A stretch of DNA of 61,507 bases, filler included. It is 4 parts of 4 records of this genome, joined end to end, with 100 filler letters (N's around TTAATTAATTAA, not from the genome) between each part and the next. Parts side by side here need not be neighbours in the genome. Positions count along the whole stretch, not along the records: positions 26,078 to 40,111 come from SRR20825006_2156; 3 more parts are not named here. One strand, 5' to 3'. A program made the position numbers and the translations under genes. Every line of letters begins with the position of its first letter. Position 1 is the first letter of the stretch. Positions 27,505 through 37,895 of this stretch are shown piece by piece. The notes under the pieces are model-generated. The model was not told where the DNA came from and searched no databases. It saw nothing but the letters and a program-made list of their open reading frames with translations.

Positions 27505-27870
27505 GGTGGCTCGTTCCGTAGTGGTGTGAAGGCGGGGAAGGTCGGAACTTTTGGTGAAGTTCCGCCTTGGCACTTTAGCAAACCACCTCACGCCATCCAA
27601 GCAAGCCGAATGGTGATCTGGACGCCATTCGATCCCGGCCCCACTTTTTAGCCAATCCAGGACATCGTTTTGCAAATCCAGAGTTGGGAAGCACTTAGGA
27701 AGTGAGCGAAATTTCGGTGCTGAACCGAGAATCGGTCCCCATCGGGATCTGAAAACGCCATGATTGACAGTTGCACCACGTTCTTTCACCAAACCTAGTC
27801 CGGCGGGAGATCAACCAGGCGGTGAAACTGGATTAGACTGACAGACACCGTTTTTGCTGAGAGATTTCTG

Positions 27871-28527
27871 TTGAACCGATCGCCTTCCAATTCGACATCA
27901 TCAGACACCACAACCGCTTTGGTGATCGCTTCCAAAGGAGGCGACAACGAAGCGTTGGGTCGACTGATGCTGCGCTATCGAGGGTATCTGTTGATGCTGG
28001 CCCATCGGTATCTCAGCGATCAACTTCGCCGGCGAATCGATCCTGCGGATTTGGTGCAAGTCACGTTTTTGGAAGCCAAACGTGACCTGCATGCTTTTCG
28101 AGGTGAATCGGCGGGTGAGTTCGCGGGCTGGTTGCGTGGCATGCTGAAAAACAATGTTGCATCAGCGGTCGCTCATCACGTGATGACTCAAAAACGTTCG
28201 ACCAAGAAAGAAGTGCATGCCGGAGGGGCCGGTGGCGATGGCAGTCAGCCGGACAACTGGATCGCACAGATGCCCGGAGCCAAAACCAGCCCGAGCGGCG
28301 TCGCGGTTCGACAAGAGGCCGTCAGCGCGATGATGCAAGCACTGCATGAACTTCCAGAAACGCAAGCTGAGGCGATTCGTTTGCGTTACATGGAAGGCTT
28401 GTCGTTGAAAGAGATCGTCGACCGAACGGACAAGAGCGAAACCGCGGTCGCCGGATTGCTCAAACGCGGTTTGAAAAAGCTTCGCACGATTTTGGACACC
28501 GGCAGCAGTCCATGGTGGAAGACGTGA
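27871..28527 (+). CDS. ECF sigma-70 factor (planctomycete type)
   Basis: DLVQVTFLEA...FAGWLR region 2; LPETQAEAIRLRYMEGLSLKEI region 4. Confidence 0.93.
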   Translation: MNRSPSNSTSSDTTTALVIASKGGDNEALGRLMLRYRGYLLMLAHRYLSDQLRRRIDPADLVQVTFLEAKRDLHAFRGESAGEFAGWLRGMLKNNVASAVAHHVMTQKRSTKKEVHAGGAGGDGSQPDNWIAQMPGAKTSPSGVAVRQEAVSAMMQALHELPETQAEAIRLRYMEGLSLKEIVDRTDKSETAVAGLLKRGLKKLRTILDTGSSPWWKT

Positions 28528-30812
28528 TGGCTGAGTCCAACGAAGACGACTTGGATGAGATCTTCGCTTTGTACCTGTCCGCATGCGACACAGGGGAACT
28601 GACGTCACGAGATGACTTTCTCAACCAGCACCCCGAACACGCCGATCAACTTCGCGAATTGATGGATGCTGCTGACTTGATCGGAACGTTTTCGATGGCC
28701 GGGTCGGATGCCAAGGGAACGTCAGGTCCATGGACAGAACCCATCACACTGCCACCCGATGCGGAGGTCAGCGACCAAGCGGCTCAGTTGGCATCAACGG
28801 CCAGCCAGATCGACGTGCAAACCGACATGGCGGACACGATTGGAATCGGCACTGCGTTGTCGGCTGACGGGTTGGGCGAACACTCCAATGTGGATCCCAA
28901 TTTGACGTTGCCGATGGCCAATCGATCCCAGGGCGATTCGGGTCCGTCGCTGCCGTTTGATCTGGGTGACTATCAGCTGCTCAAAGTATTGGGTGTTGGT
29001 GGGATGGGTGTGGTCTACCTGGCCAAGCAACGGGAACTGGACCGGTTGGTTGCAGTGAAGATGATCCGCAGCGGTATTTTGGCCGGACAAGATGAAGTCA
29101 AACGCTTTTACACCGAAGCCAAGGCCGCCGCGAAGCTCAAGCATCCCAACATCGTTGCCGTTCACCAATTTGGACGCCGTGCTGGCCACCATTTCTTCTC
29201 GATGCAGTACGTCGAGGGAGAAGACCTTCAAAAGGTGCTCGCCAAAGGCCCGTTGCCGTCACGACGTGCCGCTGAGATCGTTCGCGATGTGGCTCACGCC
29301 ATTCATCATGCACACAGCCGCGGAGTCCTGCATCGCGATCTCAAGCCCGGTAACGTGCTGATCGACCCATCCGGCCAGGTCCACGTGACCGATTTCGGTT
29401 TGGCAAAGCACACCGATGCGGACAGCAGCGTGACGGGCAGCGGTGCCGCGGTGGGAACGCCTCACTACATGGCTCCCGAGCAAGCTCTCGGACACAGCGA
29501 TCGTGTGACCCATCACAGTGACATCTACTCACTCGGTGCGATCCTATTTGCGGCGATCACTTCGAGACCGCCAATTGTTGGCGACACCGTGATGCAAACG
29601 TTGTTGAAGGTTGCTCATCAACCTCCGCCGACTCTGCGATCGGTGTGTCCGGAAGCGGAGTCGGATCTGGAAGTGATCGTTGCTAAATGCTTGGAAAAGC
29701 AGCCCAAGGATCGCTACAAAACTGCTAAGAACTTGGCTGATGATCTGAATCGGTTTTTGTGCGGACAAACCATTCATGCTCGTTCTCGAAGTCGAGCCCG
29801 CAAGGTCGTTGATTGGTTCGGGCAAGTTCCCGTGGTCGCCGCGGTCACGGGTCGCCAAACGTCTGGCACCCCGGTCGGACAACGTCGCTTTCAAAATGGA
29901 ATCTTGTCGGCTTCGCTGATTCTTCCGCTGTTGTTGTTTGGCGGTTTGGTTTGGCAGCAACGAATCAACAACGCGATGCCGACTCAAATTCGAATTGCCG
30001 GTGGTCTTCCCGGTGGTCTGTACAATCGCGTCTCCGAACAGCTGTCGAAAACATTGCAGTCACAAACGTCGGTTCCTTGCGAAGTCATTGGAACCAATGG
30101 CACATGGGACAATCGCGAACGATTGATCGCTGGTGAATTTGAGTTGGCACCCATCCAAGCGACCGCGGTCAACGGTGAAACACTTCGTGTGGTCGCACCA
30201 TTGTTCTACGAAGCGGTCCACGTTCTCATTCGCGACGATAGTGAAATTGATTCCGTCGAAGATCTCTCGGGACAACGCATTGCCGTGGGGCCTCATGGCA
30301 GTGGTTCCCGTCGAGCCGCTGAAATGGTGCTAGAGTCGCTGGGATTGTCCGAATCCGTTTCACCTCGCGTCGAAATGCCATGGGACACACTGCAAGAAAC
30401 CAATCCGAAAGTTTCTGCGGAAGCCGCGATCATTTGCATCGGCGTCGGCAGTGATCTAGTCACTCGAATGTTGGCAGAACAGCGATGGCATTTGCTGCCG
30501 CTACCCGATGGCGTTTCGATCGCGCTGCAGCATCCAACGTTGCACGCGATGACGATCGCGACCGATGCGTACGCGGGTTCGAGCATTCCTCCATCGGGAA
30601 TTCACACGGTCGGAACCACCGCGTTTCTTGTCTGCCGAGATTCAGCTCCTGATCCGTTGATCGAGAGCACGCTGCAAGCACTCTACGAAGAACCTTCCAT
30701 CGTCGGGTTGATCCCCGCGCGACAAGCGGCCGAATGGCAAGGCCTCGCCTTCCACCGCATCTCGCGACGCTACTACGACGACTTGGAAGCTCGTTTAGCC
30801 AACACTCAGTGA
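28527..30812 (+). CDS. Membrane Ser/Thr protein kinase with extracytoplasmic TAXI-type solute-binding domain
   Basis: GVGGMG, VAVK, HRDLKPGN, DFG and APE; TM helix; then GGLY...LFYEAVHVL...LSGQRIAVGPHGSGS; TGATG overlap with the sigma gene. Confidence 0.9.
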   Translation: MAESNEDDLDEIFALYLSACDTGELTSRDDFLNQHPEHADQLRELMDAADLIGTFSMAGSDAKGTSGPWTEPITLPPDAEVSDQAAQLASTASQIDVQTDMADTIGIGTALSADGLGEHSNVDPNLTLPMANRSQGDSGPSLPFDLGDYQLLKVLGVGGMGVVYLAKQRELDRLVAVKMIRSGILAGQDEVKRFYTEAKAAAKLKHPNIVAVHQFGRRAGHHFFSMQYVEGEDLQKVLAKGPLPSRRAAEIVRDVAHAIHHAHSRGVLHRDLKPGNVLIDPSGQVHVTDFGLAKHTDADSSVTGSGAAVGTPHYMAPEQALGHSDRVTHHSDIYSLGAILFAAITSRPPIVGDTVMQTLLKVAHQPPPTLRSVCPEAESDLEVIVAKCLEKQPKDRYKTAKNLADDLNRFLCGQTIHARSRSRARKVVDWFGQVPVVAAVTGRQTSGTPVGQRRFQNGILSASLILPLLLFGGLVWQQRINNAMPTQIRIAGGLPGGLYNRVSEQLSKTLQSQTSVPCEVIGTNGTWDNRERLIAGEFELAPIQATAVNGETLRVVAPLFYEAVHVLIRDDSEIDSVEDLSGQRIAVGPHGSGSRRAAEMVLESLGLSESVSPRVEMPWDTLQETNPKVSAEAAIICIGVGSDLVTRMLAEQRWHLLPLPDGVSIALQHPTLHAMTIATDAYAGSSIPPSGIHTVGTTAFLVCRDSAPDPLIESTLQALYEEPSIVGLIPARQAAEWQGLAFHRISRRYYDDLEARLANTQ

Positions 30813-30834
30813 AACCAACTGAGTTGCGTTCTGG

Positions 30835-32238
30835 TCAAGATTTCGCTTGCTTCTTTTTCCGTTTGGATTGGCCGCGTTTCATGTGATTGAGGGCGTCCAA
30901 TTCGGTCGCTTGGCCTTTGTCGCCGCAATGCTGCATCCATTGATCGAGTTCCATTCTCAAGGATCGCATTGTCTCATAATGAGCTGGATCGGCGGCCAGG
31001 TTGTTCAGTTCCAACGGGTCATTCGCGAGATCGTAAAACTCGATTTTGGGACGCTGTGTGTAACGCTCGACCAGCTTAATCGCTTTCGCGTTTCCAGCTT
31101 CCGCTTCGCGTTTCCAACTGACAAACTCTTTCGAACTCGTGCAAGCATTTTGGAAAGTCACCTCCGGGGTGAAGTTCCAAATGTACTTGTAACGTTCCGA
31201 TCGGACGCTCCGAATGCCGTAGTACTCGGAACCGTTGTTGATTCCTCGTGTGGTCATCTCCCCAAACACCAGGTTTTTATGAGTTTGCTTGCCAGCCAAA
31301 ACAGGTAGCAAACTTTTTCCGTCGAGTTTCGCTGCCATCTCGGAACTGAGATCGCCACCGGCCACCTCGATCCATGTCGGAAGAAAGTCGATGTACTCGA
31401 TCATGGCATCGTTCGTCGATCCGGCTTCGACATGCCCTGGCCAACGGACGATGCAACCTGATTGCAGCCCGCTGTCATAACAAGTCCATTTCGCAAATGG
31501 CATCGAATTGCCTTGTTCGCTGACGACGATCAACAGGGTGTTGTCGGCGACTTTGTATTGGTCAAGCAAATCGATGGCCTCTCCCACCTGCGAATCGAAG
31601 TAGGTGATCTCAGCCAGGTAGCGAGACATCCCATCGCGAGTTTCGGGTGTGTCCAGAATGTAGGGCGGCAACTCGAGTGTCGCAGGATCGTAGCGGGAAG
31701 CATCGCCTTTGTTCCAAGGTGTGTGAGGTTCGTTGGAACATAAGAACAGGCAGAACGGTTGTTCGGTTTCAGAGCACGCTTTCACGAACTCTTCCACCGC
31801 CTCAAAGTCGGGGTTGGAGTTGCCCGGCAACTGCTCCCAATTGAAAACCGATGGTGGTGCGATGTGTCGTTTCCCACTCTGTGCGACCTGATAACCCAAT
31901 GGTTGCAGGAACTGAACCACGCTATCGGTTCCTTCCGGGACAAACGTGTGATTCGGGTAGGCACCTGATTTCACCGGGTACTGACCGCAATAAATGCTGT
32001 GCCGGGTTGGCGAGCACATGGCGACCGATTGAAAGCAACGAGTGAACCGCATGCCTTCTTCCGCCAACGCATCGATGCGTGGTGTGTGGGCTTGGCCACC
32101 GTAGCAACCAATATCTCGAAAGGTGCAATCATCGGCGATGACAAAGACCAAGTTTGGCTGTTCATTCGCTGTCGCAGCTTTTCCCATCAAGAAAAGCGAG
32201 ACAACAAAGACCGATAGCGAGAATAACAACCGAATCAT
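30835..32238 (-). CDS. Sulfatase (formylglycine-dependent)
   Basis: PNLVFVIADD, CSPTR, GKRH; signal peptide. Confidence 0.93.
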   Translation of the reverse strand: MIRLLFSLSVFVVSLFLMGKAATANEQPNLVFVIADDCTFRDIGCYGGQAHTPRIDALAEEGMRFTRCFQSVAMCSPTRHSIYCGQYPVKSGAYPNHTFVPEGTDSVVQFLQPLGYQVAQSGKRHIAPPSVFNWEQLPGNSNPDFEAVEEFVKACSETEQPFCLFLCSNEPHTPWNKGDASRYDPATLELPPYILDTPETRDGMSRYLAEITYFDSQVGEAIDLLDQYKVADNTLLIVVSEQGNSMPFAKWTCYDSGLQSGCIVRWPGHVEAGSTNDAMIEYIDFLPTWIEVAGGDLSSEMAAKLDGKSLLPVLAGKQTHKNLVFGEMTTRGINNGSEYYGIRSVRSERYKYIWNFTPEVTFQNACTSSKEFVSWKREAEAGNAKAIKLVERYTQRPKIEFYDLANDPLELNNLAADPAHYETMRSLRMELDQWMQHCGDKGQATELDALNHMKRGQSKRKKKQAKS

Positions 32239-33689
32239 GAGTTCACCTTTTTTCGCCAAACAGGGCGAGCATTCGCCGTGATCTCTTCGTTCAATTCTTC
32301 CATGCGAGCATGCATTTTCTGCACGCGTTTGGGTTGTTGTTCGGCAAGATTGTTCTTCTCACCGATGTCCTGTGACAAATCAAACAGAAAGACCTTTGGT
32401 TCGGGCTTCGGTCCCTTCGCATTTGGACCTCGACGCGCTACCTGTCGCAGATATTTCCAATCGCCCATCCGAATGCCTTCGAGCACACCATGTGCGGAAT
32501 AGAAGACGAATTCATCCCGAGCAGACTCGTCCGATGTGAAAGTCGATGTCAGGTCGACCCCGTCGATCTTTCGATCGTTCTTCAGTGCGACGCCCGTAAC
32601 CGAAGCGATGGTGGGAAGCAGGTCCATGTTGGTCGCGAAAGCGTTGCTGGATGTGCCCGCAGGAATGCGTCCTGGTGCCCACATGATGCAGGGCACGCGC
32701 TGGCCTCCTTCAAACGTGGTGCCTTTTCCGGCTCGCAAGGGACCGGCACTTCCACCATGGTTCTTGAATTGCAACCAAGGTCCATTGTCGCTGGTGTAAA
32801 CGATCAACGTCTTTTCTGACAAACCAAGATCACGGACTGTTTGAATCAGCCGTCCCACTTCCGTGTCGACATGCTCGATCACACATTTGTAAGCATTTTG
32901 CGGATCGGGATCGTAGACATCCTCCGGCACATACAAAGGAATGTGCGGCATGGAATGAGGCAGATACAAGAAGAACGGTTTGTCTTGGTTTGCTTCGACA
33001 AACTCGATGGCCCGATCCGTGTACCGGCGGGTAATGGTCCTTTGATCAACGGGCAGTTCAATGATTTCTTCATCTTGCACCAACGGTGTGTTCCATAGAG
33101 TCACCGCAGAGGACTGGTCCGTCCAACGATCATCCGACGACATTTTCCCGAGTCGTTTGTTGTCGGGATGATTCATGTCATTGGAATACGGAATCCCATA
33201 GTAAGAGTCAAAGCCGTTGGATGTTGGCAGCGTTTCCTTGTGGTGCCCCAAGTGCCATTTGCCGACGCAAGCGGTGGCGTAACCGGCTGACTTCAAATGG
33301 TCCGCAATCGTGACCTCATCGGGATGCAACCCATGTTTGCTTTGAGGGAACAAGACATGCTGATGCAATCCAACCCGCTTGGGATAGCAGCCCGTTAGCA
33401 ACGCCGCTCGCGAAGGCGAACACACCGAACACGCTGAGTAGAAACTGGTGTAGCGACGTCCTTCGCTGGCCAAGCGATCAAGGTTGGGTGTCTTGATATT
33501 GGGCGAACCATAACATCCCAAATCGTTGTAGCCTTGATCATCGGTGAAGATCACGATGACGTTGGGCTTCTCGGACGTGTCGTTGGACTCAGCAGCCGAG
33601 CTGTGGCTACCAAGCAGTGCGAGAAACCCCGCGAGGCCGAGCACAATGGATTGGCAGCGAGGAATCGGGAAAGCGCTTCTGGATGACAT
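32235..33689 (-). CDS. Arylsulfatase-family sulfatase
   Basis: PNVIVIFTDD, CSPSRAALLTG, GKWHLG and SDNG. Confidence 0.95.
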   Translation of the reverse strand: MSSRSAFPIPRCQSIVLGLAGFLALLGSHSSAAESNDTSEKPNVIVIFTDDQGYNDLGCYGSPNIKTPNLDRLASEGRRYTSFYSACSVCSPSRAALLTGCYPKRVGLHQHVLFPQSKHGLHPDEVTIADHLKSAGYATACVGKWHLGHHKETLPTSNGFDSYYGIPYSNDMNHPDNKRLGKMSSDDRWTDQSSAVTLWNTPLVQDEEIIELPVDQRTITRRYTDRAIEFVEANQDKPFFLYLPHSMPHIPLYVPEDVYDPDPQNAYKCVIEHVDTEVGRLIQTVRDLGLSEKTLIVYTSDNGPWLQFKNHGGSAGPLRAGKGTTFEGGQRVPCIMWAPGRIPAGTSSNAFATNMDLLPTIASVTGVALKNDRKIDGVDLTSTFTSDESARDEFVFYSAHGVLEGIRMGDWKYLRQVARRGPNAKGPKPEPKVFLFDLSQDIGEKNNLAEQQPKRVQKMHARMEELNEEITANARPVWRKKVNS

Positions 33690-33851
33690 GAACTCGCCTT
33701 GCAAAGGAGGGGGGACGGTTCCTGCCAGGCGAAGGAACCGGTGGGCTGCGGTCCATCATAGCCACTGCTGCCAGACGAAGCAGCAAAGGATGGTGCCTTC
33801 AGACCGCACATCCACGACGGCCCCCTCTGGGGCGTCGATTCAGTGAGTGAG

Positions 33852-33919
33852 GTAGCGGAACTCGCCAAGAATTTCGGCCTGCACCGTTATTCGCCGAAAG
33901 TCTTGGCGACTTCCGCTAC
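33852..33919. repeat. GTAG-type REP doublet forming a long hairpin
   Basis: GTAGCGGAACTCGCCAAGAATTTCGGC ... GCCGAAAGTCTTGGCGACTTCCGCTAC inverted pair. Confidence 0.75.
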
Positions 33920-34020
33920 GGCCAGATGCGTCAGTAATAAAATCAACATCCTCCGGGGCGAGTGCACGTGAATAGCGCCGAGCGAGCCCCGAGACCCACC
34001 CGCCTTGATCCACGACCTCC

Positions 34021-34800
34021 TCAGCTGTCGAGCAACGCCTTGGTGGCGATCGTTATGTCGGGCTGACGCATCAGTGATTCGCCGACCAGGATGGCTTTGA
34101 TGCCGCCGGCTTTCAGCATGGCGACGTCGGCCGCGGTTCGGATGCCGCTTTCACCGACCACCAATCGGTCCGAAGGAATGCCCGCGGCCAAACGGACGCA
34201 GTGCTGCAGATCGGTTTCGAAAGTTCGCAGGTCTCGGTTGTTGATTCCAACCAACCGCGTGTTGGTTGCCAGAACCGGATCCAGGTTCTCGGGTTCGTAG
34301 AGTTCGATCAGCGTTTGCAGTCCCAACTCGGAGGCCTGCTCATCCATCTCGATCAATTGCTGTGGCGAGAGACATTCGGCGATCAACAACACCGCATCGG
34401 CACCGGCGACGCGGGCCTGCAACAGTTGATAGGGATCGACGATGAAGTCCTTGCGAAGGATTGGCAAATCAACCGCCGAACGAACGGCCCGAAGAAAGTC
34501 CAATGAGCCTTGGAAGAACGGTTCGTCGGTGAGCACGCTGATGCAAGCGGCTCCTCCGTCTTCGTACGACTTGGCGATCGTTGGTGGGTCGAAGTCTTCG
34601 CGGATCAGGCCGGCGGAAGGACTGGCTCGTTTGACTTCGGCGATCAAGCGAACTTGATCGGTGGCCGCGAGCGATGCGTGAAAGTCTCGGCACGCGGGAA
34701 GATCCTTCGCCGCCGCGACGAGTTCCGCGGCGGGCACGGAAGCTTGATCACGCGCGATGACTTGGCGAGTTTTTACCAGGATGTCGTCGAGAATCGTCAT
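34021..34800 (-). CDS. trpC: Indole-3-glycerol phosphate synthase
   Basis: IAEVKRASPSAG, SVLTD, LRKDF, GINNRDL and ESGI. Confidence 0.97.
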   Translation of the reverse strand: MTILDDILVKTRQVIARDQASVPAAELVAAAKDLPACRDFHASLAATDQVRLIAEVKRASPSAGLIREDFDPPTIAKSYEDGGAACISVLTDEPFFQGSLDFLRAVRSAVDLPILRKDFIVDPYQLLQARVAGADAVLLIAECLSPQQLIEMDEQASELGLQTLIELYEPENLDPVLATNTRLVGINNRDLRTFETDLQHCVRLAAGIPSDRLVVGESGIRTAADVAMLKAGGIKAILVGESLMRQPDITIATKALLDS

Positions 34801-34818
34801 CGCAATGCTATCGGTCGA

Positions 34819-36390
34819 TCAGTGTTTGAAGTGACGACGACCGGTGAAGACCATCGCGATTTCGTGTTCGTCACAGGCGGCAATCACTTCGTCATCGCGA
34901 CGCGAACCGCCGGGTTGAATGATAGCCAGCACGCCCGCTTTCGCGGCCGCTTCGATCGAATCGGGGAAGGGGAAGAACGCATCGGACGCGAGAATCGATC
35001 CTTCGGAACGCTCTGCGGCTTTCTTGATCGAGATCTCAACGCTGTCGACGCGGCTCATTTGGCCAGCACCCACGCCGATCAACGATGTGTCTTTGGCCAG
35101 CACGATCGCGTTGCTCTTCACGTGGCGAACCATTTCCCAACCAAAGGAAATGTCGTCCCACAGGTCATCATCGACGGGTGTTTCCGTGACGGTGTTCCAC
35201 TGCAATGGCGAGCTGACCATGCGGTCGGCGTCTTGCACCAACATGCCGCCGCTGATGAATCGGCGCGACACTTTGCGAGCGGGTTCGTCCAAGCGACCAA
35301 CTTGCATCAAGCGAACGTTGTCTTTCCAACGTGGTTTGGTCGTCAGCAGCCCGACCGCACCGGCTTCGAAATCGGGTGCGACGATGGCTTCGATGAACAA
35401 TCCGGGCTGACACAAAAATTCGGCCGTCGCTTCATCGAGCGTTCGGTTCATGCCAATGACGGAACCAAAGGCTGACAGCGGGTCACCAGCCATGGCTTTG
35501 TCGACCGCTTCGGACAGAGTATCACCGGTCGCAGCACCACAGGGGTTGTTGTGCTTGATGACCGAGACCGCTGGTTCGGCAAAACCGCGAGCGATGTCGA
35601 GAGCGGCATCGAGGTCCAACAGGTTGTTGTAAGACAACTCTTTGCCACTGATCTGACGAGCCGACACCAAGTTCGCGGATCGATCCGACGAATCGGAATA
35701 CAACGCGGCTCGTTGGTGCGGGTTTTCGCCGTATCGCAACTGGGTTTTGCGTCGTAGTGACACGTGCATCGAAGCGGGGAACTCGCCGCCCACCGCATCG
35801 CCTTGCATGTAATCGGCGATAGCTCGGTCGTAGCCGGCGGTGTGATCAAACGCTTCGGCGGCGAGCTGGGTGCGTAGCTCGTCGGTGGTTCCGCCCAACG
35901 TTTCCAGCTGATCGAGAACGTCGCCGTATTGCTCGGGGCTGGTAGCGATCGCGACATCGCCATGATTTTTCGCAGCCGCTCGCACAAGGCTGGGGCCACC
36001 GATATCGATCTGTTCGATGCATTCGGCTCGAGTCGCACCCGAACGACTGACCGTTGCGGCGAATGGATACAGATTCACGACGACCAAATCAAATGGCTCG
36101 ATGTCATGATCAGCGATCGTGTCCATGTGATCATCGAGGTCGCGACGAGCCAAGATGCCAGCGAAAATTCGCGGGTGCAGCGTTTTGACGCGACCATCCA
36201 GCATTTCCGGAAAACCGGTGTACTCGGCCACATCTTCGACCTTGATACCGGATTGTTCCAAGTGGGCACGAGTCCCACCGGTGCTGTAGATCGTGACTCC
36301 AGCGGCGGACAATCCGGCGGCAAAATCTGCCAGCCCCATCTTGTCGCTGACACTGATCAATGCGTTACGGACGGGGACCACATCAGACAC
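34819..36390 (-). CDS. purH: Bifunctional AICAR transformylase / IMP cyclohydrolase
   Basis: ALISVSDK, GRVKTLHP, IDIGGP, LRYGENPHQ, KHNNPCG and SDAFFPF. Confidence 0.98.
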   Translation of the reverse strand: MSDVVPVRNALISVSDKMGLADFAAGLSAAGVTIYSTGGTRAHLEQSGIKVEDVAEYTGFPEMLDGRVKTLHPRIFAGILARRDLDDHMDTIADHDIEPFDLVVVNLYPFAATVSRSGATRAECIEQIDIGGPSLVRAAAKNHGDVAIATSPEQYGDVLDQLETLGGTTDELRTQLAAEAFDHTAGYDRAIADYMQGDAVGGEFPASMHVSLRRKTQLRYGENPHQRAALYSDSSDRSANLVSARQISGKELSYNNLLDLDAALDIARGFAEPAVSVIKHNNPCGAATGDTLSEAVDKAMAGDPLSAFGSVIGMNRTLDEATAEFLCQPGLFIEAIVAPDFEAGAVGLLTTKPRWKDNVRLMQVGRLDEPARKVSRRFISGGMLVQDADRMVSSPLQWNTVTETPVDDDLWDDISFGWEMVRHVKSNAIVLAKDTSLIGVGAGQMSRVDSVEISIKKAAERSEGSILASDAFFPFPDSIEAAAKAGVLAIIQPGGSRRDDEVIAACDEHEIAMVFTGRRHFKH

Positions 36391-36504
36391 GGTAAACGAC
36401 TCGGTTCAAGAAAACGGTTGAAAGCCCCAAAGCAGCTTCCGGCAACTCAAACCGCCATGTTCCTTCCCACCGCCAAGACGGTCAAGGCACCGTTGACGAT
36501 CCGT

Positions 36505-37293
36505 TCATGTGGCGAAAGGCCCTGCGGGCATCCGAACCGGAATTCCAGCCTCGGCCATGTGCTGTTTGGTCGGTCCGATTGGGTGGGTACCAAAGTGGAA
36601 AATGCTGGCCGCCAGAACCGCGTCCGCCTTCCCATCGCGGATGGCCTCAACCAAGTGGTCTGGATTTCCGGCACCGCCGCTGGCGACGACAGGGATCCGG
36701 ACCGCTTCACTGACCGCTCGGGTGATCGGAATGTCATATCCGTCGCAAGTACCGTCGGCGTCCATGCTGGTCAGCACAATCTCACCGGCCCCCAGCTCTT
36801 CGACTCGTTTGGCCCACTCGACCGCTTGCAGCCCGGTCGGTTTGCGACCGCCGTTGATGTGCACCTCCCAAAACTCTTCGCCGTCTTTCTGAACTCGTTT
36901 GGGATCGATGTTCACCACGATGCACTGACGTCCGAATCGATCGGCGGCTTGGCGGATGAAGTCGGGGTTGGTCACGGCTGACGAGTTGATGGACACCTTG
37001 TCGCAACCGGCCGACAACAACGCTCGAACATCCTCGACCGTTCGCACGCCACCGCCCACGGTCAGCGGCATGAAGACCTGTTCTGCGGTACGCCGAACAA
37101 CATCCAACAGGATCGCTCGTTCTTCGTGGCTGGCGGTGATGTCCAAGAACACCAATTCATCGGCCCCTTCGGCTTCGTATCGCCGCGCCACTTCGACTGG
37201 GTCACCGGCATCTCGCAGGTTCACAAAGTTGGTGCCTTTGACGACGCGTCCGCCATGGACATCGAGGCAGGGAATGACGCGAGCGGAAAGCAT
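36505..37293 (-). CDS. hisF: Imidazole glycerol phosphate synthase cyclase subunit
   Basis: [33 protein letters not shown] and AASIFH. Confidence 0.98.
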   Translation of the reverse strand: MLSARVIPCLDVHGGRVVKGTNFVNLRDAGDPVEVARRYEAEGADELVFLDITASHEERAILLDVVRRTAEQVFMPLTVGGGVRTVEDVRALLSAGCDKVSINSSAVTNPDFIRQAADRFGRQCIVVNIDPKRVQKDGEEFWEVHINGGRKPTGLQAVEWAKRVEELGAGEIVLTSMDADGTCDGYDIPITRAVSEAVRIPVVASGGAGNPDHLVEAIRDGKADAVLAASIFHFGTHPIGPTKQHMAEAGIPVRMPAGPFAT

Positions 37294-37484
37294 GGGGGAA
37301 TCCAAAGGGAGTGGCAGACGAGCAGGGCGGTGCTATCAACGTACCCAATCGGATTTCGAAAACGCAAGGATGCCAGCCGCTCGAGGTTCCTGCCGATCAA
37401 GACAGGTCGCTGCTCATTGCCGCCGTTGAACACTGCCTTGCTGACGATGCGGGTTGTGATTGGTGAGACAACCCAAACCTCGGA

Positions 37485-37895
37485 CTACTCCGCTTGGACC
37501 TTGAAACGCAGATCCTGGATTTTGGCTTGCGGGTGTTCCTTGGCCAGCTTTTTCAGAATGCGGCGTTTTTGAAAGGTCAGCTCCTGCATCACCACACTGT
37601 CCACCGCGTAGATCATCAGCACGCCGCGTTGCAGTTTGCCGACTCGAAACGAAGAAGCGATCGAAGCATCGACGGCCGATTTGATCGTGCCTGTTAAAGC
37701 TGACTCGGCACCGACGGAAGCGTATCCGCGTCGGCTCATCAACTGAGAAATCAGACTGCCGATCTTCCGCGGGCCGCCAGATTTCTCTTCGACCAGTTTG
37801 GGCGGCAGGCGTTTGGAAGAATTTGCCCCGCGACCTGATTCACCGCGACTGGATCCACCGCCGGATGGTTTGGGCGGCTGTCCCATGGCGATCAC
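37485..37895 (-). CDS. DUF721/DciA-family protein
   Basis: Directly after dnaN; GVLMIYAVDSVVMQELTFQKRRILKKL...IQDLRF. Confidence 0.8.
   Translation of the reverse strand: MIAMGQPPKPSGGGSSRGESGRGANSSKRLPPKLVEEKSGGPRKIGSLISQLMSRRGYASVGAESALTGTIKSAVDASIASSFRVGKLQRGVLMIYAVDSVVMQELTFQKRRILKKLAKEHPQAKIQDLRFKVQAE

Noticed and set aside
34510-36981. Long plus-strand ORFs (321 and 350 aa)
   Set aside because: Antisense shadows of trpC, purH and hisF in GC-rich DNA.
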